A stretch of 64,000 nucleotides of DNA from Candidatus Hydrothermarchaeum profundi (GCA_002011125.2 MTMF02000009.1:1096989-1160988); one strand, 5' to 3'. Shown: positions 29,865 through 38,290, counted from the first letter of the stretch. A program made the numbers and translations. Notes: a model not told the origin generated them from the letters alone.

Positions 29865-30676
29865 GAGTTTTATTGTTAATTATAATATTATGCACCTTTG
29901 ATAAAGTGAGCGTGGTCTACGGATCTGGTATAAGTGTAGAGACCGATATGGTAGAGCCTGTATTTGCTCCTGGAGAAATTGGGAGGTATTCTGTATGGAT
30001 TACAAATAATCTGAAAGAAAATCAAACTATAACTATTTCTCCTGCTGGTAAGATATCTAACTTGTTGGAAGTTTATTTTGAGGGCAAAGAACTCTCAACT
30101 AGTAATTTTAAGCTTAGTACTGATACGACGGAACATCTTGAGTTAATTGTTAATGCTCCGGAGAATCCAGGGATATATACAGGATATCTTGTTTTATCAT
30201 CTGGATGGGGAACCCAAGCGATACCAATATCAGTAAAGGTTATTGATGATGAGCCGTTGATGGATGTTAAGGTGGAGGCTATTACGAAGGAGCTTTCGTT
30301 GGGTAGTCCTTTGAAGTTTTATGTTTCTCTTTATAATCTTGGTTTTAAGGAGAGGTTTGATGTTCATCTGGTGTATGCGGTTAAGGAGTTGGAGACTGAG
30401 AGGGTTTTGACTAAGGTTGAGGAGGAGATGGCTATTGAGACTTCTCTTTCTTTTGTTAGGGTTATTCCGGCTGAGAACCTTAGCTTGGAGGCCGGTAGGT
30501 ATTATATTGAGGCGGCGGCCTTGTATGAGAATAAGTCTGCTTCTGCCGCGGATATCTTCACGGTGTTTAAGCCTTTCTGGACTACAACCAAAAAAATAGC
30601 AGTTCTACCTATATTCGCTGGGTTAGGTCTGATATGGTATAAGAAAAAAACAGGAAATATTGGGGGGTTGAAATGA
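29861..30676 (+). CDS. Small membrane-anchored surface protein, paralogue of the giant protein's membrane-proximal region
   Basis: N-terminal hydrophobic signal (MRVLLLIIILC). The first domain resembles the giant's SVETNLG..PGEEKWYSIWITNHLKRNQ region and the second is identical. C-terminal TM plus WYKKK. ATGA overlap with the giant's stop. Confidence 0.9.
   Translation: MRVLLLIIILCTFDKVSVVYGSGISVETDMVEPVFAPGEIGRYSVWITNNLKENQTITISPAGKISNLLEVYFEGKELSTSNFKLSTDTTEHLELIVNAPENPGIYTGYLVLSSGWGTQAIPISVKVIDDEPLMDVKVEAITKELSLGSPLKFYVSLYNLGFKERFDVHLVYAVKELETERVLTKVEEEMAIETSLSFVRVIPAENLSLEAGRYYIEAAALYENKSASAADIFTVFKPFWTTTKKIAVLPIFAGLGLIWYKKKTGNIGGLK
30251..30601 (+). repeat. 351-bp exact direct repeat, copy 2
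   Basis: Identical to 28353-28703. Confidence 0.95.
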
Positions 30677-30781
30677 TAATAAATATTCATGGGCATCCAA
30701 AATATGAGCGGGTATGTATTATAGAGAGGGATAGTTTTATAGAGTATTACATATAATTATTTAAAATTGAGGTTTGCATAG

Positions 30782-32218
30782 ATGGTCTTTTGGCGAAAAA
30801 AGGAGGAAGAGGAAAAAGAAGAAGAAATAGAGCTTTTAACCGATGAGGAATATGATGCTGAGGCAGAGTTACAGAAGCAACTTGAAGCGGAGAGGGAATA
30901 CGAGAGGAAGTTGCTAGAGAAAGAAAAGAAAGAAGAAACTAGAAGGGAAGGAGAAGCATTAACTCCTGAGAGCCTCCTCCTTAAAATAGAAAAACTTGAA
31001 GGGAAGCTTGCGACATTTGAAGAGGCAAGATCTAGAATAGATGATAGGATAATGAGGGTTTCAGAGCAAGTAGGCGAATTAAGATCAATGATTCTTGAAA
31101 GAGAAAAATCATTTGGTTTTCTCGAAGCCGAATTTGAAAATATTAAAGATATTTTTGAAACAGTTAAGCCAGATGAATTTGCAAAGGAGTTAGATAGGAA
31201 AGAAAAGAAGATAATAGAAAATAAGATTCTCATAGAAAGACTCGAAGAGACTGTTGACCGCCTTGGAAAAGAGGTTTCAGAATTCAGGAAGTTGATTGAT
31301 AAAATAAAAAGTTTCGAAAACTTGGTGGAGATTGCGCAATCTGTTAGCGAGAAAGTTAGTGCAGTAGAGGAAACAAAAAAGTATACCGATAGGTTATCGG
31401 CAAAGGTGGAAACAATTTTTGCAGAGCTTACTGATAGGTTAACCGAACTCGAAGAAGATAGGAGTAAGATAATAAGGTTTGATGAGCTTTCAAAAGAGTT
31501 GCTCAGATCTCTTGATAACCTATATGTAAAATTAGAAGGAGCTGTTACTAAAACCGAATTATCTGAAGAATTAAGAAATCTTGAGAATTTTTTAGTAGAA
31601 AGATTTGCTGCTTCAGAGGGAATGAATGATAGATTAATCAGCGCAGAGGAGGCTATAAAGAATCTTGAAAGAAGGATTCGTTTATTAGAGCTGGAGAAAG
31701 TCAGTATGGAGATAACTGATAGAATTAGGAAAATAGGGCCTGAGCTGAAAGAAATGCGTAGAATTGAAGAACTCACGAGAGAAAGTCGAGAGATCCTAGA
31801 ACTAATGAAAATAGTTGATGAGGATTATAAGAGAGGAGCAATATCTGAGGAGAGTTATAATGAGATTAAAAGTAAGAATCAGAAAAAACTAGAAGAAATA
31901 AAAGATGCACTAAGGGAAGATTTCAAGAGACTAGAGAAGATGCTTGAAGTCGAGCTGACTCCCCCGGAGGTTATCAAGGAAGAGAAGGAAGAAATACCAA
32001 CTACGAACCAAGACGAGTTGGAGAAAAAAATAAAGAGGCTAGAGATAGAAAGAAAGAGTGTTTTAAATCTGTTGGAAAATCTTTCTAATGAACCTAATGA
32101 GGCGAAAAAGAAAGTGCTGGAGAAAACATATAAAGATAAGCTTGAGCAAATTTCTAATAATATAATGAGTCTAAAAAAAGAATTAGCATCTTCTGAGGCG
32201 ACGGGAGATGAGGTTTAA
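30782..32218 (+). CDS. Long coiled-coil protein of unknown function
   Basis: E/K/L/I-rich heptads throughout, no Walker motifs and no TM. Short MVFWRKK N-terminus and a YKRGAISEESY motif near the C-terminus. Confidence 0.85.
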   Translation: MVFWRKKEEEEKEEEIELLTDEEYDAEAELQKQLEAEREYERKLLEKEKKEETRREGEALTPESLLLKIEKLEGKLATFEEARSRIDDRIMRVSEQVGELRSMILEREKSFGFLEAEFENIKDIFETVKPDEFAKELDRKEKKIIENKILIERLEETVDRLGKEVSEFRKLIDKIKSFENLVEIAQSVSEKVSAVEETKKYTDRLSAKVETIFAELTDRLTELEEDRSKIIRFDELSKELLRSLDNLYVKLEGAVTKTELSEELRNLENFLVERFAASEGMNDRLISAEEAIKNLERRIRLLELEKVSMEITDRIRKIGPELKEMRRIEELTRESREILELMKIVDEDYKRGAISEESYNEIKSKNQKKLEEIKDALREDFKRLEKMLEVELTPPEVIKEEKEEIPTTNQDELEKKIKRLEIERKSVLNLLENLSNEPNEAKKKVLEKTYKDKLEQISNNIMSLKKELASSEATGDEV

Positions 32219-34400
32219 GGAAAAAATAAGCTCATTATTCGAGGCTATTTTTCATAGGAAAAAAGATGAACAGCCTATAATGGAAGAAGTTGAAGAAGAA
32301 AATAATGAAACGGAGAATGAAGACCCTGAGAATCAACTTATAATAGAAGAAGCAGCGCCTGAATATGTGCTATTAAGCGCATTTGCAAAAGAAAAGCCTG
32401 AGATAGGATTCTCATATGCGCTGAATAAAATCGAAGAGCTCAAGAGGCAGATTAATTATCTTAGTAATGAAGTACAACTTCTCCAAATGAAAAACAATTC
32501 TCTAGCAGAAACGAATCTTCTACTAGAGAAAGATCTAGAAAAAATCGCTGTGTTTACAGCCCAGTTAGAGGAAGTAAAGGAGGACCTCAGGGAAAAAGAA
32601 AGCCTAATAATGCTCAAGGAGTCGGAGATCCAAGAGCTAAATAAAACAATAGAGATTCTCAATAGCGAGATTAATCAACTTAATAAAGACCTAGAGGAAA
32701 AGGACGAGGAAATTAAAAGACATCTAGAAACTATTCAACGCCTAGAAGATGAATCTAAGATAGCCAATCTTGAGAGGGAGATAAGAGACCTTAAGGTAAA
32801 ATTATCAGAACAGGAAGATATGCTCGCTGTAAAGACCTCTGAGGCAGAGCAATACATGCAGATGGCGGCTTCTCAAGATGCGGAGCTTAATTCTTTAAAG
32901 GCTACTTGGTGGGAATTGAATAAGGAAGTTAAGAGTCTTAGAGCCGAGCTAGAAGAAAGAACTGCATTACTGGCTTCTAAGGAAGCCATGGTAAAAGAAC
33001 TGGTGAAGAAGTCCGCAACTATCAGAGCCGAAAACGACCGACTCAAGAAGGAACTAACAGAGAAAAACAGAATCCTTGAAGACTATAAAGATATGGAGGC
33101 GCGGGTTAAAGAACTTACTAAACAGAGAGACAAAGCAGAGTTACTACTAAGAGAGGCTAAGAAGAAAATTAGACAACTAGAAGATGATTCTAAAGTTGCT
33201 GGCTTGGAAGCTGAACTAAGAGTTCTGAGGCCGTTAGCAGAAGAAGTAAAAGTTCTCAGAAGAACTGTCGAAGAGCAGAGAGCTGCTTTAGAAAAAGCTA
33301 CAGCTGAAGCCGAAGAGTACAAAACCATTGCAGCTTCTCAAGATTCTGAGTTAGGTTCCCTAAAAAATACTTGGTGGGAATTAAATCAGCAAATAAAAGC
33401 ATTGAAAGCGCAACTCGGGGAAAAAGACGAGATCATATCGTCTAAGGATAACACAATAGCAGAGCTTACCGGTAAAACTGCCGCTTTGGGTACGCAAGTC
33501 GAGAAGCTAAGGAGGGAGTTGGAAGATAGAGAGAGAAAGATCGAGTCATACGAGAGCAGATTATCAGAACTTGAGGAAGCGAGACGTAAAATTACTGAAG
33601 AGTTTGAGAAGCAGAAAAGAACATTGTCAGAGCAAACAGCCTTGGTAGAGGAACTAAAGAAAGAACTTGAGGATAGAGAAAGGAAGATAGATTCTTATGA
33701 AAGAAGGATCACAGAACTCGAAGAGGCAAAGCGTAAACTAGTAGAAGATTTTGAGAATCAGAAAAAGATACTCGCTGAAAGATTGTCAGAAGCTGAGCAA
33801 TTTAAGATGATGGCGGCAGCCCAAGATGAAGAACTTACGACGTTGAAGAATACTTGGTTTGAACAGAATCAGCAAATAAAGAGGCTTAAAAAAGAGCTGG
33901 AAGAAAAAACAAGTATTTTAGAATCTAAAGACTCCCTTATACGTGAGTTAACTAAGACTGGTGCTGCATTAAATGCTAAGATCCAACAGCTTGAAAAGGA
34001 GTTAGCAAAGAAAGATAAAGAAATATCTGAAAAGGAGAAAGAGATTCTTTTATCTAAAACAAGGGAAGCTCAGGTTTCTATTCCCGCTTCTAAGGATGCG
34101 GAGAAATTGGCTGAATATGAGAAAAAACTTTCTGAACTTGAGACTATGATAAAGTTATTAACTCAACAAAAAACTTCTATAGAGTCCGCTCAGACAGTAG
34201 TTCCTATGGGACCAGTAGAACCTGGGGCTGGAGTGTCTCATAAAATTGCGAAAGAGCTGAAGCTTTTACAAATACAAGAGAAGTCTCTCTTACGCTCTTA
34301 CGAAAATATCAAAGATAAAAACAGTCCGAAAGCTAAAATATACAAATCTAAGATTGATCAGATCCAACAGCGCATTAGAGAACTCAAAGAACATGTTTGA
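32208..34400 (+). CDS. Long coiled-coil protein with internal repeats
   Basis: Heptad pattern. Three copies of EAE[QE][YF]..[MI]AA.QD.EL..LK.TW[WF]E.N and a tandem 49-aa repeat. Overlaps the previous gene by 11 nt. Confidence 0.85.
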   Translation: MRFKEKISSLFEAIFHRKKDEQPIMEEVEEENNETENEDPENQLIIEEAAPEYVLLSAFAKEKPEIGFSYALNKIEELKRQINYLSNEVQLLQMKNNSLAETNLLLEKDLEKIAVFTAQLEEVKEDLREKESLIMLKESEIQELNKTIEILNSEINQLNKDLEEKDEEIKRHLETIQRLEDESKIANLEREIRDLKVKLSEQEDMLAVKTSEAEQYMQMAASQDAELNSLKATWWELNKEVKSLRAELEERTALLASKEAMVKELVKKSATIRAENDRLKKELTEKNRILEDYKDMEARVKELTKQRDKAELLLREAKKKIRQLEDDSKVAGLEAELRVLRPLAEEVKVLRRTVEEQRAALEKATAEAEEYKTIAASQDSELGSLKNTWWELNQQIKALKAQLGEKDEIISSKDNTIAELTGKTAALGTQVEKLRRELEDRERKIESYESRLSELEEARRKITEEFEKQKRTLSEQTALVEELKKELEDRERKIDSYERRITELEEAKRKLVEDFENQKKILAERLSEAEQFKMMAAAQDEELTTLKNTWFEQNQQIKRLKKELEEKTSILESKDSLIRELTKTGAALNAKIQQLEKELAKKDKEISEKEKEILLSKTREAQVSIPASKDAEKLAEYEKKLSELETMIKLLTQQKTSIESAQTVVPMGPVEPGAGVSHKIAKELKLLQIQEKSLLRSYENIKDKNSPKAKIYKSKIDQIQQRIRELKEHV

Positions 34401-35208
34401 TGACGATTTTTTCTTTGAAAAACTAAAGAAAAGAGTAAAAGAAAGTATCGATTTTCAAACTCAGTTTTACGGTGATAAACATCTCAAGCGGAGATTTCAA
34501 ATTAGAATGAGAGCCCTAGGCATTAAAACTTACAGAGAATACGAGCAATTACTTACTAATAACCCTGAAGAATATGATAAGCTGATAAGAGTACTAACCG
34601 TTAACGTTACTGAATGGTTTAGAAATCCAGAGGTATTTGAGGCTATTAAGAAAAAAGTCTTTCCGAGTCTATTTGAAGAAATGGAAAGAAATAATAGGAA
34701 ATACCTCCGGATATGGAGTATAGGATGCGCTGATGGCAAGGAACCATATTCTGTTGCAATCCTATTACATGAATTTCTGGGAGAGAAAATAAAGAATTTT
34801 GCTATCGTAATATTTGCCTCTGATATTGATAGAGAGGTATTAGAGAGAGCAAGAATAGGAAGATATCATGAAAGCGAAATGAGAGGCTTAAACTCGGAGC
34901 AGATTAAAAAATATTTTATCAAGGAAGATGGGACCTACACTATTATTCCCTCTATGAAAAATTTAGTAAAATTTGAGAAAAGAGATCTACTTAAGGATAG
35001 GCATCATGTTGGATTAGATTTAATTCTATGTAGAAACGTTGTAATTTATTTTACAAGAGAGCTGAAGAAGCGATTATATAAGGAGTTGTATAACTCCCTT
35101 AGAAAGGGAGGATATTTTATTTCAGGTAAAACCGAGTCTATAATGGGGGAGGCGAGAGGACTATTTTCTCCAGTTGATTTGGAAAACCGGATTTATAAGA
35201 AGGTCTAA
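34393..35208 (+). CDS. cheR: CheR-type protein-glutamate O-methyltransferase
   Basis: LTVNVTEWFRNPE, RIWSIGCADGKEPYS, ASDID, DLILCRNVVIYF and GKTES are CheR motifs. Start placed at ATG 34393, overlapping the upstream stop (track start is 34354). Confidence 0.93.
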   Translation: MFDDDFFFEKLKKRVKESIDFQTQFYGDKHLKRRFQIRMRALGIKTYREYEQLLTNNPEEYDKLIRVLTVNVTEWFRNPEVFEAIKKKVFPSLFEEMERNNRKYLRIWSIGCADGKEPYSVAILLHEFLGEKIKNFAIVIFASDIDREVLERARIGRYHESEMRGLNSEQIKKYFIKEDGTYTIIPSMKNLVKFEKRDLLKDRHHVGLDLILCRNVVIYFTRELKKRLYKELYNSLRKGGYFISGKTESIMGEARGLFSPVDLENRIYKKV

Positions 35209-35246
35209 TAATAATTTTTATATTCCTTTCACCGAGTTTAAATATT

Positions 35247-35924
35247 ATGAAAGCGATTTCTCTTCTTAGTAGTGGCATAGACTCTCTGGTTGCTTTAAGA
35301 TTATCTATAGAGGAATTAGAAGTTCCTCTAGCATTAACATTCGATTATGGTCAGGTATCTAGAAAAAGAGAAGTAGAGTACTCATCAAAAATATGTGAAA
35401 TTTTAGGTTTGGATCATAAAGTAATTCGGATATCTTGGTTGAAGGAGATTACTAGGAGTGGACTTATAAAAGGGGACATACCTGAAGTGAAAGAAAGAGA
35501 TTTAGATTCTAAACTGGCGAAAGAAACTGCAAAACAGGTATGGGTTCCCAATCGGAATGGTTTATTTATAAATATCGGGGCATGCTTTGCGGAGGCTATG
35601 GGAGCGAAATATATAATTACTGGATTCGATGCAGAAGAAGCTGCAACTTTTCCTGATAATTCCATGGAGTTTGTAGAGGCAGTAAATAATTCTCTATCCT
35701 ACTCTACTTTAACAAAAGTAGAAGTTTTTGCCCCATTAGTAAAAATGAGTAAAACCGATATTGTGCTAGCAGGCATGAAATACGAAGCACCCTTAGAATG
35801 GAGCTGGAGCTGTTACTTTGGTGGGGAAAAACCATGTCTTAAGTGTGAAAGTTGTGTCAGGAGATCGAGGGCTTTTAATAATGCGGGAATAAAGGACCCC
35901 TTGTTAGAGAGGCTAGGAATATGA
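35247..35924 (+). CDS. queC: 7-cyano-7-deazaguanine synthase
   Basis: SSGIDS PP-loop, FDYGQ, VWVPNRN, FPD, and SCY...PCLKCESC zinc site. Confidence 0.95.
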   Translation: MKAISLLSSGIDSLVALRLSIEELEVPLALTFDYGQVSRKREVEYSSKICEILGLDHKVIRISWLKEITRSGLIKGDIPEVKERDLDSKLAKETAKQVWVPNRNGLFINIGACFAEAMGAKYIITGFDAEEAATFPDNSMEFVEAVNNSLSYSTLTKVEVFAPLVKMSKTDIVLAGMKYEAPLEWSWSCYFGGEKPCLKCESCVRRSRAFNNAGIKDPLLERLGI

Positions 35925-36472
35925 AGTGGGTCATCGTTGAAAAAATGGAGTATAATGGGAGGCAAATATTGCCTTATTGGGCTGAGAGGTATCTAGGTAT
36001 CTCAGGTGATTGTATAGTGGCGTTTAGAGGAAAATGCGATGTTGCACCAAAATACATGGTGGATATCGAGGATAAAGAAAAAGGTGAGAAAATATATTCT
36101 CCAGATATGCTTCATTTTATTGTAGAGCATTTTGATTCTTCTTCAATCGAACTAGCCTACGCTAGGCAGAGGATTTTAGTATTCATTGCTCAAGAAAAAC
36201 TCGGCGACTTAGGCTACATATGTTCTAGAGATGGTGGGGATCTCTTTTATAATGGTAAGAAGCTTTCGGTATCTATTGCCAGTGTTTCTAGAAATTCTCA
36301 AAAAATTCATTTTGGGATTAATGTTGAGAGCGATGAGTATATGAGTTTGAGTAAAATGGGAATCAAAAATCCTGAAAAAATTATGCGAGAAATATGTGTT
36401 GGGTACTGCAGTGAAATAGAGGATATCACTAAGGATATACATAAGACAAAGCCTCTGGAGGAATTAAAATGA
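35921..36472 (+). CDS. DUF366-family protein (biotin/lipoate ligase-like fold)
   Basis: IVAFRG.C.V...MVDIED, MLHFIVEHFD, RQR, R.GGDL...GKKLSVSIA and KIHFGINV motifs. Confidence 0.8.
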   Translation: MKWVIVEKMEYNGRQILPYWAERYLGISGDCIVAFRGKCDVAPKYMVDIEDKEKGEKIYSPDMLHFIVEHFDSSSIELAYARQRILVFIAQEKLGDLGYICSRDGGDLFYNGKKLSVSIASVSRNSQKIHFGINVESDEYMSLSKMGIKNPEKIMREICVGYCSEIEDITKDIHKTKPLEELK

Positions 36473-37191
36473 AAGCTCCTATTAGAGAGATATTTTGTTC
36501 AGCGCAAGGCGAGGGGCCATATATAGGAGTTAGACAAGTGTTTGTACGTTTTGAAGGTTGTAATCTTAGCTGTATATACTGTGATACACCGCAAGATAAA
36601 AAATCAGAATATTGTAGAGTGGAATCCGTGCCAGGTTCATTTGAATTCACTAATTTAAGGAACCCCTTGTCCCCAGAAGAGGTTTCAGCGACCATGAAGA
36701 GATATGCGAATGTTCACTCTATTTCATTAACTGGAGGAGAACCTTTAATATACGCAGAATTTATAAGGGAGCTTAATATTGGGGTGCCTCTCTACCTAGA
36801 GAGTAATATGTCTTTACCCGAAAAGGCCGCAAAAATAAAAGATATGGTAGACTATGTAGCAGGAGACTTTAAATTAGCTCAAGCACACAGCTCTGATCAT
36901 TATGATAGATATCTCGAGAATATGGTTGAATGTTTTAGGATTTTAGCGAAAAATAATAAGAGAGACTGTTTTTGTAAGATAGTTCTTATTGAAAATTTTG
37001 ATAAAGAGGAGATAATAAATGGGGTGTCTCTTATAGAGGACTATGTATCCGTAGTTGTTCTGCAACCTGTAACCCCCATAGGCGGGTTAAAAGCACCTTC
37101 ACCTAAGGAGGTATTGGGACTGCAAGAAGAGCTTTCCTATCTAGATGTTAGAATTATACCTCAGAGTCATGTAATTTGGGGTGCTTTATAA
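36469..37191 (+). CDS. queE: 7-carboxy-7-deazaguanine synthase (radical SAM)
   Basis: EIFCSAQGEG, FVRFEGCNLSCIYCDT, SLTGGEPL and C-terminal RIIPQSH. Confidence 0.93.
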   Translation: MKAPIREIFCSAQGEGPYIGVRQVFVRFEGCNLSCIYCDTPQDKKSEYCRVESVPGSFEFTNLRNPLSPEEVSATMKRYANVHSISLTGGEPLIYAEFIRELNIGVPLYLESNMSLPEKAAKIKDMVDYVAGDFKLAQAHSSDHYDRYLENMVECFRILAKNNKRDCFCKIVLIENFDKEEIINGVSLIEDYVSVVVLQPVTPIGGLKAPSPKEVLGLQEELSYLDVRIIPQSHVIWGAL

Positions 37192-37520
37192 TGAAATTGG
37201 GAATAATTGAATATATCGATGCAGCTCATTGTCTGCCGCAACACAAAACGTGTGAGCCTATGCACGGGCATACCTATCGTATCGAAGTCGTTATAGAAGG
37301 CGAGAAGGGGAAGGATGGCATGGTTATGGATTTCGGTGAATTAAGGAAAGTAGTCAAGAAAATATTGAAGGAGTATGACCACAGGGTACTTAATGATCTG
37401 ATGGAAAAGCCCACATGTGAGAATTTATGCGAAGCTATCTATTCCAAGCTAGAAAAAGAAATAAAGTTTCCATTTACATTAAGAGTTTGGGAAGGAAGAG
37501 GTAAATGGGTTGAAAAATAG
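37191..37520 (+). CDS. queD: 6-carboxy-5,6,7,8-tetrahydropterin synthase
   Basis: DAAH, C..MHGHTY, GMVMDF, DHRVLN, PTCEN and VWEG. ATG 37191 overlaps the queE TAA. Confidence 0.93.
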   Translation: MKLGIIEYIDAAHCLPQHKTCEPMHGHTYRIEVVIEGEKGKDGMVMDFGELRKVVKKILKEYDHRVLNDLMEKPTCENLCEAIYSKLEKEIKFPFTLRVWEGRGKWVEK

Positions 37521-37530
37521 GATTGTCAAG

Positions 37531-38151
37531 TTAAATAAGGCCGCAAAATCGGTATATATCACCTATTTTATCGGAGTATTTAAGAAATAGTGAATTAAAT
37601 CTCCCGTATTTTCTCAATTCATATTTATCTAATAATTCTTCGACTTTTATGTCTAATTTCACATTATAATTGAAAAAAAATCCAAGACCATTTCTAAATC
37701 CTTTTTTATCAATAGGATTTTCAAGTAGTTCCTTGCGATGCAGATATATATGTCCTAGTTCATGGGGGAGGCTCTTCTTATTACTAAAAACTATGAAATC
37801 ATGATTTTTATAATTTTTAATTACTTTATTTAGTGTCCCATACTTCCAAGTAAAGAATAAAATAAAACCTACTATAAGTAAAAATGATGCTATAACTATC
37901 CTATTTAGTGTAAAAGGATAGAGCGCCCATAACAAAATTGGAGCCTCTACACTTATGTAGCCCCAATATTCACCTAAAATAAACGTAAAATTAGGAATAT
38001 TTTCCATTGATTTTACTGATCCCACGAAGCCACTAAAACGCTTATTTTCTATTTTTATTTTATATTTTTTTAGTTCTTTAAACTCCTCAATGTTATTTAG
38101 GATATTATAGAAATGATCCTCTAAAGTATATCCTCCTCTCCAATTTTCCAT
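37531..38151 (-). CDS. Hypothetical membrane protein with HExxH motif
   Basis: 206-aa ORF, two hydrophobic segments and LPHELGHIYL. Very AT-rich. Confidence 0.6.
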   Translation of the reverse strand: MENWRGGYTLEDHFYNILNNIEEFKELKKYKIKIENKRFSGFVGSVKSMENIPNFTFILGEYWGYISVEAPILLWALYPFTLNRIVIASFLLIVGFILFFTWKYGTLNKVIKNYKNHDFIVFSNKKSLPHELGHIYLHRKELLENPIDKKGFRNGLGFFFNYNVKLDIKVEELLDKYELRKYGRFNSLFLKYSDKIGDIYRFCGLI

Positions 38152-38290
38152 AAGGATATAACATATTTTACTTTACTAAGAGGATTGTTTAAAAAACGTA
38201 GAAAATAAATAGAAAACAAGTTAATTTTTTAGCTAAGATTTTCTCCGGTATTCACTATCTACTTTAAATTTTCATTGTAAAAGTCAGGCT

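Noticed and set aside
28353-30601. Diversity-generating retroelement TR/VR pair
   Set aside because: The copies are identical with no adenine-specific mismatches, both are in-frame coding sequence, they are not AAY-rich, and no reverse transcriptase is in the window.
30757-31776. 339-aa antisense ORF
   Set aside because: Ser/Leu/Phe-rich mirror of the Glu/Lys-rich coiled-coil gene.
30782-34400. SMC/Rad50 or chemoreceptor annotation for the coiled-coil proteins
   Set aside because: No Walker A/B, signature motif, hinge or zinc hook, and no MCP hairpin-tip signature or TM helices.
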